A program made the translations under genes and the position numbers. From positions 32,001 to 96,000 of the IMG/VR virus record IMGVR_UViG_2974601178_000001: 64,000 nt of DNA. One strand, given 5' to 3'. Below the pieces are notes generated by a model. That model saw nothing but the letters and a program-made list of their open reading frames with translations, ran no database searches and was not told the DNA's origin. This DNA is from a virus. Lineage: Duplodnaviria > Caudoviricetes. Positions 49,426-57,769 of the stretch are shown here, one piece after another; the stretch's first letter is position 1, and each line of letters starts with the position of its first letter.

Positions 49426-51969
49426 ATGCAAGCAGAGTTTTTAAAAGATAAGAGTAAGTATACAGACAGAGTACTTCACTCTGATATAGAAGGTCGTGGC
49501 TTTCTAGATGTTATAAAATCAGACAAAGATGTTTGGTGTTTAGTATCAAGAGATGATGAAACAGATGAAGTATTTATATTTCATGATTACCCTGAGTTTG
49601 ATAATGCAGAAGTGTTTGATCAAGGAGAGAAACATATCATACCTCCAAGAACAGGGACACTTTTAGATGGGGTTAGATTTTGGTACTTGGCAGGTAAGAA
49701 CGGTAGTAAACTTTCGGTACACAACTGCTTCACATACGATAAACCTTTGGTTGAAAAGATTTGGCCTAAATGTACAATTGAAGATGATGTGTGGATAGAT
49801 ACCTTCATACAAAGTAAAATACAATATTTTGACAGACCTCAGCGTAAAGGTGCTAAATCTCCTCATGGTTTGTTGAACTACTCTTTAATGGAAGGTAATA
49901 AGAAACCAGAAGTTGAAGACTTTAGTATAATGAATGCTTTTATGCTACATCGTTGTATCATAGATACAAAAACTCAAAAATTTGCATACAATTACCTCAA
50001 GAAAGAAAGGGAAATGTTGAAAAGTAAATTAGGTATTTGTATGGAAGATGCTTATAAGGTGGAAGTAGAGTATACTAAGAATTGTCATGAACAAGAGATG
50101 GTAGGTGTCCTAGCTGATAAACCTCATATGGAAGCTTGTATATCTCTTTGGGATGAAAAGGCAGAAGAAATCCAGAAAGCAATAGAGCCTGTTTTACCTC
50201 CTACTATAAAAGTTTCTGGTGGTAAAGTTTCTCGTGTAGAAATGGCTGCTTTATTTGGGTATGATACCTCTGGTATGAAAGATGCTATGGAGATGGTTAA
50301 GAAAGATGGGGAAATGGTTTCTCAACCAGTTAAACCCTACTACAAACCCACAACCAATTTTCATACTGTTAAAAAAGTCAATCAATATTCAGGTTTTAAT
50401 ATTTCCTACGGATATAGTCCTAAGTTCACTAAAAAGAATGATTTGACTAAATGGATTAAGTATCAACATCCTAAAGGTGACACTGCAAAAGTGAAAGAGT
50501 TATCAGACTTCGTAAAAGAGTGGGAAATTGAGAAAAACATTGAAGAAACTAAACTTTTAAATAAAAACACTTGTGACTATTTTGAATTAGAACCCGAAGA
50601 TACAGATATAATTGCAGGTGCTCATACTAAAATTAAGTTCACTCCTAGTAAACTTACACAACATGAGGTAGTTAAAGGCTTTTTGATAAAAAATGGATTA
50701 AAAGAAGTATCCGAATGGAATTTTAAGAAAGATTCCGATGGAAGTTTTATAAAAGCAGATAAAGAACTTTTAGTGAGCTACCCACCTAAAGCTACTAAAG
50801 AAAACCAGCTACATTACAAAGTTAAAAAGGGTGATATAATGGTTAGTAGTCCTAAGGTATCAGAAAAAGATTATGAAGGCTTAGAGAACGAAGACGCTAA
50901 ACGTATAGGAGAGTACAATACTACTGTACACCGTAGGAGATTCTTATCCAATGAAAAAGACCCCTCCAATAAAGGGTTAATGGCTTATATAAGAGAAGAT
51001 GGGAGAATACCTTGTGGTATAAACAACTTCTCTACTAGCTCAGGAAGGGGTAGCCACAGAAAATGGGTTAATGCTGCGGGAGAAGGTAGCCTTTACGGAG
51101 AAGAAATAAGGAAATGCTTGATAGCCCCAGAAGGTAGGAGATTAGTAGGTGCGGATATGGCATCAGCTCAGCTAGCTATACTGTCTTTCTACGCAAGAAA
51201 TGAGGAATACTATGAAGCGGTTGCATCTGGATTAGAATTAGAAAAAGATGACAATGGAGTAGAAAAGTATGTAGGTATGAGCGCCCACTGTCATTCCGCC
51301 CGTAACTTTGGGATGGTTAGTATAGAAGAGTTTGAAAAAGCTGTAGAAACCCAAGACCCAGATTTAATACATAGTATTAGTCTTAGACGTAAGAAAAGTA
51401 AAGGGGCTTCTTTTGGAGTTTGTTTTGGATGTTCAGGTAAAAAACTTGCAGGGATGTTGGGTGTACCTGAGTCAGAAGGTAACGCTAAAAAAGATATGTT
51501 CTTATCACGAATGGGTTTACAGGGTATCATAGACTGGGGAGATAAGTATAAAGACCAGTTTAAAAGAGGTAAAGGGTTTTACCTACCATTACCATTTGGA
51601 TATTGGGCTTGGTGTGACTCTACCCATAAAATATGTAATTTTCTAGCTCAGGGTGCAGAAGCTGCATGTCAGAAAATAGCAGTAAACTATTTTAATAGAG
51701 AAGTTGTTAAAAGAGGATTAGATGCTTTTAAAGTTCTAGATTATCATGATGAATTTTTGGTAGAAGCCTCTGATCAGGATGCGGAAGAAGCAGGTAAACT
51801 TATGTGCGAAGCTTACAAGTATGCTAGTGACCAGTGTTTTGAATGGTATAAAGAAAATCCTGACAAGTTTCCTAACATACACGGAGGGGTTTTATTTGCA
51901 TTTAATCTGGATGGAGGTTACAAGGTCTCTGAGTTAGGTAATAAAGGTAACTACCTACAAACACACTAA
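49426..51969 (+). CDS. polA: DNA polymerase, family A, with 3'-5' exonuclease
   Basis: DIE, HNxxxYD, RCxxD exonuclease motifs; GADM, RxxxKxxxFG, QG, YHDE. Confidence 0.93.
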   Translation: MQAEFLKDKSKYTDRVLHSDIEGRGFLDVIKSDKDVWCLVSRDDETDEVFIFHDYPEFDNAEVFDQGEKHIIPPRTGTLLDGVRFWYLAGKNGSKLSVHNCFTYDKPLVEKIWPKCTIEDDVWIDTFIQSKIQYFDRPQRKGAKSPHGLLNYSLMEGNKKPEVEDFSIMNAFMLHRCIIDTKTQKFAYNYLKKEREMLKSKLGICMEDAYKVEVEYTKNCHEQEMVGVLADKPHMEACISLWDEKAEEIQKAIEPVLPPTIKVSGGKVSRVEMAALFGYDTSGMKDAMEMVKKDGEMVSQPVKPYYKPTTNFHTVKKVNQYSGFNISYGYSPKFTKKNDLTKWIKYQHPKGDTAKVKELSDFVKEWEIEKNIEETKLLNKNTCDYFELEPEDTDIIAGAHTKIKFTPSKLTQHEVVKGFLIKNGLKEVSEWNFKKDSDGSFIKADKELLVSYPPKATKENQLHYKVKKGDIMVSSPKVSEKDYEGLENEDAKRIGEYNTTVHRRRFLSNEKDPSNKGLMAYIREDGRIPCGINNFSTSSGRGSHRKWVNAAGEGSLYGEEIRKCLIAPEGRRLVGADMASAQLAILSFYARNEEYYEAVASGLELEKDDNGVEKYVGMSAHCHSARNFGMVSIEEFEKAVETQDPDLIHSISLRRKKSKGASFGVCFGCSGKKLAGMLGVPESEGNAKKDMFLSRMGLQGIIDWGDKYKDQFKRGKGFYLPLPFGYWAWCDSTHKICNFLAQGAEAACQKIAVNYFNREVVKRGLDAFKVLDYHDEFLVEASDQDAEEAGKLMCEAYKYASDQCFEWYKENPDKFPNIHGGVLFAFNLDGGYKVSELGNKGNYLQTH

Positions 51970-51976
51970 TAAGGCT

Positions 51977-52000
51977 AAGGGCTTGTATAAAGCCCTTTTT
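51977..52000 (+). terminator. Terminator after polA
   Basis: AAGGGCTT-GTATA-AAGCCCTT-TTT. Confidence 0.7.
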
Positions 52001-52197
52001 AATGTTATAATAATCACTAAAGGAGTTAATTTTGTATAAAACCCCCGAAGATGTCTTAAATAAGCTTGTAAAAGGAGATATAAGTATAAGTACAGTAACA
52101 AGAAATATGAATAAACATTTACATAAAGGTAATATAAAGCAATGGTTACTATTTGCAGAAGCAAAAGCTTTGTATAGAATGAAGGAATTAGGTATAG

Positions 52198-53244
52198 ATG
52201 TCAATAACTGAAGATAAAAATAAAGAAATACTTTATAAACTAGAAAATAAGTATCAACAAAGAGTTGTAGATTTGTTAGGACCCTCCGCCACTTTCTTAG
52301 AGTTTAAAGTAGTTAGTGAAAGGTTAGATAAAAACAAATGCAAACTTATTTGTAACACACATAAGGAAATATGTTACCCTCAAATAGCTAATGTACTTCA
52401 TAGAAAAAGAAGCGGATGTAAACATTGCGCTCAAGAATCTAGAAATAGAAAGAGTATAAAAGATGAAGATGTTTTCTTAGAAGAGCTGAGAGAATCTTGT
52501 GATAAACATAACTGTACCTTTCTAGGCTACGTAGAAGGATACAAAGGTTCTTACCATACCGAAGTTAAACTAAAGTGTAATATACATACCGAAGAAGATG
52601 AATTTACATGTACAGGTAGAACACTGTCTAGACCCGCAAGAAAAACTTCAGGGTGTCCTTCCTGTTTTAATGAACATTTTTTACAACTATCTATAAAAAG
52701 AAATCAAAAACATATAAATATGTTTTTCGATACAGGTAAATTCCATCCCAATTCTACTTTCTGTAGAGATGAAGAAAGAAAAACTACACAAGGAGTTAGG
52801 AGTTACTGGAAGGTTGTTTGTGGTGATTGTGGTGAAAGCTACCCTTCCTGTACAGGAACTTTAAAAGCAGGTAGTAGGGGATGCAGTTGTGCTAAACTAA
52901 CTAACAATATGGGATTTTACCCAGATAGGGTGAATTGGGATGACACTCTTTACTTATTAAAACTGATATCTAAAAAGGATTGTGATGAAAAAGAGTGTTT
53001 CTATAAGATAGGTAGATCTTTTTGTTTTGACAAAAGACTTTCTAATTTAAAAGCTCATTATGATATAGATGTAATATCTACTATTACTAATAACCATAAA
53101 GAAATTTTTGAAAAAGAGAAGCACCTTTTAAAAAGTAATAAACCCCATGCTTACTCTCCTCTTATCTCCTTCGGAGGTCAAGGAGAATGTTTCACCAAAG
53201 AAATACTCAATCACCCAGAAATAATATCCACCTTCAACCTCTAA
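52198..53244 (+). CDS. Zn-finger repeat protein with C-terminal GIY-YIG-like (YKIG) endonuclease domain
   Basis: CxxH...GCxxC repeats; LYLL...FYKIGRS...RL...FGGxxECF. Confidence 0.7.
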   Translation: MSITEDKNKEILYKLENKYQQRVVDLLGPSATFLEFKVVSERLDKNKCKLICNTHKEICYPQIANVLHRKRSGCKHCAQESRNRKSIKDEDVFLEELRESCDKHNCTFLGYVEGYKGSYHTEVKLKCNIHTEEDEFTCTGRTLSRPARKTSGCPSCFNEHFLQLSIKRNQKHINMFFDTGKFHPNSTFCRDEERKTTQGVRSYWKVVCGDCGESYPSCTGTLKAGSRGCSCAKLTNNMGFYPDRVNWDDTLYLLKLISKKDCDEKECFYKIGRSFCFDKRLSNLKAHYDIDVISTITNNHKEIFEKEKHLLKSNKPHAYSPLISFGGQGECFTKEILNHPEIISTFNL

Positions 53245-53311
53245 TAACCAAAAAGCCCTCCCACGAGGGCATCCCCCTTCCCAACCAACCCCCTTTCCCC
53301 CAAATTTCCCC

Positions 53312-53340
53312 TTGACACCATCACACCTTTCCCTTAATAT
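53312..53340 (+). promoter_or_regulatory. sigma70 promoter
   Basis: TTGACA-17-TAATAT. Confidence 0.7.
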
Positions 53341-53394
53341 ATCTACTATCGAAGCAACATTGCTTCACAATTAACCATTTTAGGAGAAATAATC

Positions 53395-53598
53395 ATGACC
53401 AAATCAATAACCCGCTCAGAATCAGCTACTCACTCATTCAGAATATCTTATGGCAGCAAAGGTAACTTTGAATTAAAGTACTCTCGCATCAAGAAGGGTG
53501 CTGGAAAAGGTAAACTTCGTACAAGAGTGTTTTATCGGAAAGGTAATACTTTTGAAAATTTAACTTGGGGTTTAAATGAAAACATACAATGTATTTAA
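53395..53598 (+). CDS. Small basic protein; probable 5' part of a gene interrupted by the TnpB element
   Basis: SD AGGAG; ...RVFYRKG-NT then runs into TnpB; a compatible 3' part NTYVVCKNGEYNFKKETLL* lies at 55278-55337. Confidence 0.6.
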   Translation: MTKSITRSESATHSFRISYGSKGNFELKYSRIKKGAGKGKLRTRVFYRKGNTFENLTWGLNENIQCI

Positions 53599-55027
53599 AA
53601 CTTATAGGTTTGAACTAAGAGACCTATCTAAGAAGAAAATTAAATTACTAAATCAATCTTATAAACAAGCAGAGATGCTATATTATAAAGCACTATCTCT
53701 ATGTAAAGAAGATGCTGAGAAGATGTTATTAATTGATGATAAGAAAGAACGTAAGACGGAGAGTTACAAACTTGCCAAAAAGTTGCAAGCTATTGTTAAA
53801 CCTTTACCGTATTCAAGTGCAATTAAATCATCTGTCATAGAAGGTGTTAAAGCACAGGTATTATCTTATGTAGAACTAACATTATATGGGCAAGATGCAA
53901 CTTATCCAGAGAAGTTTGATTTAGAATATGATTATGATTATTGGTTGAATGTCCTTATTAACAGCGATTCAAAAGATATAGAAGACTTAGCAAGAGATGA
54001 AATGTCCCGTACCAAAGTTAAAGACTTCAGGCCACTTACTTATGAAAAGTATAGAACTAATGACGGATTTATGATCCTTGATAATGGAGAAGGTCGTTTG
54101 TATGCAATGTTGAGTTTATGGGGTGCTAAAGATAAACGAGCAACACCATTAGATATTAACATGATTGATACACGGACAGGAGAAGAATTTAAGAAGAAAA
54201 CTTCTTGTGGATTATTATTCCCATTGATGTGCTCTAATACTCAAAAACAAGCTCTTATAGATGGTCAAGCTAAGACAGCTAAACTTGTAAAACGTGGTGA
54301 CAGGTATTTTCTAATGGTAAGTGTTGCCTTTGAAGTAGAGGCTAGGTCACCAAAATATACCCTTGGGGTTGATAGAGGTATAGAAGAAATAGCTACATAC
54401 GTTGTACGTGACGAATCAGGTAAAGTTGTTGATAAGGGGAGTTTCTCTGGTGTACAATTACGTAACCATCAAAGAAGAGTGGAACTAGCACAAAAGAATA
54501 ATCAACGTGCAGGAAGAAAACGAGTGCAAGGTTGGAGTAATTACACAACAAACCTGATGCACAATTTATCTAATGAGATAGTGAAGGTAGCTGATAAATA
54601 TTGTTGTCAGGTTGTTATTGAGGATTTGAATAATATAAAGAATAATGCTAACATGAAACGTAAGAAAGGTGCAAGGAAGTCAAACTTTAGAAGAATGTTA
54701 TCTAGGCAACAGTATGGAAGGCTGGAGTTTATGTTAGAATATAAACTTAAAGCAAAAGGGTTACCTCCTTCTAAAAGTGTAAGGGCTGCCTACACATCAA
54801 CAACCTGCCCTAAATGTGGTAATGTTGATAAAGAAAATCGTCTGACACGAGATACATTCTTATGTAAAGTGTGCGACTACACTGAACACGCTGATATTGT
54901 AGGTGCTATAAATATTGCTGGAAAACAGTTGCACTTTGAAAAGATTAAAGGTAAACTTAAGAAAGGGAAACCTTTACCATATGAATTGAAGTATTCAAAT
55001 TGGTTGAAAGATAATTTAAAATTATAG
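53576..55027 (+). CDS. tnpB: TnpB/Cas12f-like RNA-guided endonuclease (483 aa)
   Basis: RuvC-I LGVDRG, RuvC-II VVIEDL, Zn ribbon TSxxCPKCG...CKVC, RuvC-III HADIVGAINI; D-E-D triad intact. Confidence 0.9.
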   Translation: MKTYNVFKTYRFELRDLSKKKIKLLNQSYKQAEMLYYKALSLCKEDAEKMLLIDDKKERKTESYKLAKKLQAIVKPLPYSSAIKSSVIEGVKAQVLSYVELTLYGQDATYPEKFDLEYDYDYWLNVLINSDSKDIEDLARDEMSRTKVKDFRPLTYEKYRTNDGFMILDNGEGRLYAMLSLWGAKDKRATPLDINMIDTRTGEEFKKKTSCGLLFPLMCSNTQKQALIDGQAKTAKLVKRGDRYFLMVSVAFEVEARSPKYTLGVDRGIEEIATYVVRDESGKVVDKGSFSGVQLRNHQRRVELAQKNNQRAGRKRVQGWSNYTTNLMHNLSNEIVKVADKYCCQVVIEDLNNIKNNANMKRKKGARKSNFRRMLSRQQYGRLEFMLEYKLKAKGLPPSKSVRAAYTSTTCPKCGNVDKENRLTRDTFLCKVCDYTEHADIVGAINIAGKQLHFEKIKGKLKKGKPLPYELKYSNWLKDNLKL

Positions 55028-55055
55028 TTGACTTCAAGTTTTAGTTAAGTATAAT
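55028..55055 (+). promoter_or_regulatory. sigma70 promoter for the TnpB-associated RNA
   Basis: TTGACT-16-TATAAT starting immediately after the tnpB stop codon. Confidence 0.7.
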
Positions 55056-55061
55056 GAACTG

Positions 55062-55300
55062 GGTAAATTGCTGAGTTACAATTAAAAATAACTTAGGGTG
55101 CATAGAGGTTTGTGAAGTGATTTATTAACCTCTTTATCTTACCACCCTTTTACTGAGGTTATCTTGTATGAGAGGATTTATCTTCCTTGAGTTAACTTTG
55201 GTATAAAATCTTACCTTATATGTGAGTAAGCAAAGCTTATGATCGGAGATATGTAATCGTGAGGTGGTATGAGATATAACACATACGTGGTATGTAAGAA
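55062..55300 (+). ncRNA. Putative omegaRNA/sgRNA-like scaffold (~55062-55280) plus guide (~55281-55300)
   Basis: Stems CTGAGTTA/TAACTTAG, AGAGGTT/AACCTCT, TACTGAGGTTA/TAACTTTGGTA, CTTAC/GTAAG; long-range TATCTTACCACC (55135-55146) with GGTGGTA(TG)AGATA (55263-55276). Confidence 0.65.
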
Positions 55301-55333
55301 CGGGGAATATAATTTTAAAAAGGAAACCTTATT

Positions 55334-55729
55334 ATGAATATTTCACAACACTTTGGCAAATTTACCAACTTACCGCAAGCATCTCGCACAAGTTTATTAG
55401 CTATTGCAGATGGGCACTTTCACTCAATTGATAACACTACTGGTCATGAGGTGTTTGCCATAAATAGAGGACTTGCACACTGGTTGCTACACAATTGTGA
55501 ACATGAAGTTCCTCCTTTGGAAAAGGCTCGTTCTGCAAGTATTCTTGCTCATCAATATTCAACTTCTGGTGCAAAAACCTCTTGGCCTAAGAAACCAATT
55601 GTGATAAACTGTGATGAAGCTCGTATCGAAGACGGAGTTACACGATTGTACGCAATTGCTTATGCACAAACGGAAGGTGTCTGTATGCCAGTTGTGTTCA
55701 AAACTGAAATTAATGACGAGGAAGAATAA
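55334..55729 (+). CDS. Hypothetical protein with ParB-N-like motif
   Basis: PIVI...IEDGVTRLYAI. Confidence 0.55.
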   Translation: MNISQHFGKFTNLPQASRTSLLAIADGHFHSIDNTTGHEVFAINRGLAHWLLHNCEHEVPPLEKARSASILAHQYSTSGAKTSWPKKPIVINCDEARIEDGVTRLYAIAYAQTEGVCMPVVFKTEINDEEE

Positions 55730-55730
55730 T

Positions 55731-56039
55731 ATGTGTAAAAAGGATCAATGTCAGCAAAAGTGTAAATCCTGTATAAAAAACTACACTGACGCAGAAGCAC
55801 CAATTAAACAATACAATATAACTTTAGAAGAAGGAAACCCTGCTATGAATTGGAAAGAACAACAGCGGCACGATGATATCATTCTTGAAATTGAAACTTT
55901 GTGCAAAGGTATCACCTCTGCAGAGAAGGATAAGCGCCTAGAGGAAGTGTCTGAGCTTGTTAAAGAGTTGCAGGGTACATTGGCTTATGCTGCTAAGATT
56001 GGTGTTGTCACAGACGCTTACAAACACTTTGTACGATAG
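55731..56039 (+). CDS. Hypothetical protein
   Basis: Likely start ATG 55731 after GAGG. Confidence 0.55.
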   Translation: MCKKDQCQQKCKSCIKNYTDAEAPIKQYNITLEEGNPAMNWKEQQRHDDIILEIETLCKGITSAEKDKRLEEVSELVKELQGTLAYAAKIGVVTDAYKHFVR

Positions 56040-56259
56040 GTGTTATTTTTAAAATTGTAGAAAAAGCAAATAACATTTGACAACAACCCAAATTATGTTA
56101 CAATGTAACAATATAGAATAAACAAGCACGTTAACGGAATGCAATATTCCTAAAAAGCTACGAGAGTGGCAAGGAGAGAACCTAAAAATCAAACGGCATT
56201 TTCGCCAATTAATAAAACATTTCAGTCCAATTGGACATTTTTAATAAGGAATAATATTT

Positions 56260-57417
56260 ATGACATTTTCATTTACCCCTGAGACAGCTTCTTCTGGTAA
56301 CACTGGTGGCGGTTCTGCAGTATCAGATGATCAATGGAAAGAATGGAACGATTATTACTACAGCTTACTTGATGGTAAGGAACAACCTCATAAGAATAAG
56401 CAAGGTGATATTGTAGAAGGTCGATTTTATAAGAAGAAGAAACTTGTAGGTAAGCTTGCAATGTTGGTGGATTGTGGTTTACAGCCTCAACCTGATTCTT
56501 CTTATGAGTGGAAAGGTGAAATTACAGAAGAGGAACATATTGCAAAGTATCCTGATAACTATTTCAAAACAGTTGATGGCAAACGTATGCAATTTAAACC
56601 TGAGCGTCCTACGCAAGAGTTTGCATTCTACTTCGACTTTACTAAGATTATCGTGGATTGGACTAAACATCCTATTGAAGCATTGCATAGTCTTGGTCAG
56701 AAGCCGTTACGTGTAAGCTATAATGGTTACTTTAAGAATAGTGGTATGGGTTTGGAAGGTTTTGCAAAACAGTTACGATTTGCCCCTAATTTCCGTACTG
56801 GTAAAGTCAGTCCAAATAACCCTATCTATAAGATTGCCACTGCGATGAATGTTGCAGATGAGTTTGAAAGTAGTAATTATGATTTCGGTAAACTGGCAGG
56901 TGGTCATTGTTTCTTCGATGTGTACATCACAAAGAATACCTACAACGGTAAATCTTACTATGATGCAGAAATTAAGAACTATTCTGAAATCACGGAAATT
57001 GAAGCAGGCGAGAACACTATCACAGTGGAACAACAAATTCCACAAAGTGATGTACCTTTTGTTGGTGTGACTCTTAACGGTGGTAATTATTCTGATGAAG
57101 TATTGGATATGGTTGCACACAAGAAAGAGCTGATGGCAGTGTTACCTCGTGCAAAAGCGTTCCAACCAAATGCAACAAAGAATCCTGACTTCTGGTTGGG
57201 TTGTAATTGGAAGGATAGTGACCTTTGTAAAGCTTTAGGGGATCGTGCTCCGAAAGTGGATAAGAATGGTGACAAGGTTCCTGTTGCTGGTACGGAAGTG
57301 GTGAAACCAGAGGTTGTTCAGCAAAAGGATAAAGTTGTACCGAAGGAAGATCCTGTGGAGGAAAGTTTTACTCCTGCGGAAGATAATTTCGACTTCCAAG
57401 ATGATGTGCCTTTTTGA
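56260..57417 (+). CDS. Putative single-stranded DNA-binding protein
   Basis: 385 aa in replication module, aromatic-rich, acidic tail ending DDVPF. Confidence 0.7.
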   Translation: MTFSFTPETASSGNTGGGSAVSDDQWKEWNDYYYSLLDGKEQPHKNKQGDIVEGRFYKKKKLVGKLAMLVDCGLQPQPDSSYEWKGEITEEEHIAKYPDNYFKTVDGKRMQFKPERPTQEFAFYFDFTKIIVDWTKHPIEALHSLGQKPLRVSYNGYFKNSGMGLEGFAKQLRFAPNFRTGKVSPNNPIYKIATAMNVADEFESSNYDFGKLAGGHCFFDVYITKNTYNGKSYYDAEIKNYSEITEIEAGENTITVEQQIPQSDVPFVGVTLNGGNYSDEVLDMVAHKKELMAVLPRAKAFQPNATKNPDFWLGCNWKDSDLCKALGDRAPKVDKNGDKVPVAGTEVVKPEVVQQKDKVVPKEDPVEESFTPAEDNFDFQDDVPF

Positions 57418-57461
57418 GGTAAATCAATAACTTAGCTTAAACACTATTTATTGCACATAAG

Positions 57462-57499
57462 AAAGCCCCAAGAAACAATTAAGTTTCTTGGGGCTTTTT
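57462..57499. terminator. Bidirectional terminator between replication and tail modules
   Basis: AAAGCCCCAAGAAAC-AATTAA-GTTTCTTGGGGCTTTTT. Confidence 0.85.
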
Positions 57500-57619
57500 G
57501 TTATTCTTTTAATAGTAAGGGAGTGTTAACCCTTTTATGAAAATTTTATTGTTATTGGGTAAGGGTGTTTGGTACAACTCGCAGTAGCGCGGATAAAACA
57601 AGGCTAATGATTAAGTAGC

Positions 57620-57722
57620 TTTTACTTTGCGGTTGATATTGGTAGTAAGATTAAAAAATAGGAGTGTTAAAAATGCCAGATTTACAAGCGATAATTATTA
57701 CAGTGATTTTAGTGTGTGGCCT
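57620..57722 (+). repeat. Repeat copy 1 downstream of tail fibre gene; encodes 27-aa hydrophobic peptide (57673-57756)
   Basis: Near-identical to 60131-60172 plus 60255-60307; MPDLQAIIITVILVCGLCYLLYKDHVS with SD AGGAG. Confidence 0.75.
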
Positions 57723-57769
57723 TTGTTATTTGCTATACAAAGACCACGTTAGTTGAGGTTAGCGTTTCG

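Larger units (their letters stand above)
53548..55280 (+). mobile_element. Candidate transposase-free TnpB + guide-RNA homing element (boundaries approximate)
   Basis: Joining 53547 to 55281 gives a continuous frame ending in an ATGA overlap with the next gene. Confidence 0.5.

Noticed and set aside
55028-55334. CRISPR array for the Cas12f-like gene
   Set aside because: No repeat-spacer periodicity; only an 8-nt GTGGTATG occurs twice
53250-55334. Complete IS200/IS605, IS607 or IStron
   Set aside because: No HUH Y1 transposase or serine recombinase adjacent; no group I P7 motifs (AGACTA/TAGTC) around tnpB
55269-55337. Independent 22-aa gene MRYNTYVV...
   Set aside because: An in-frame ATG exists but the SD is only ~3-4 nt away and lies in the predicted RNA duplex; treated as the displaced 3' end of the upstream gene, though a restart cannot be excluded
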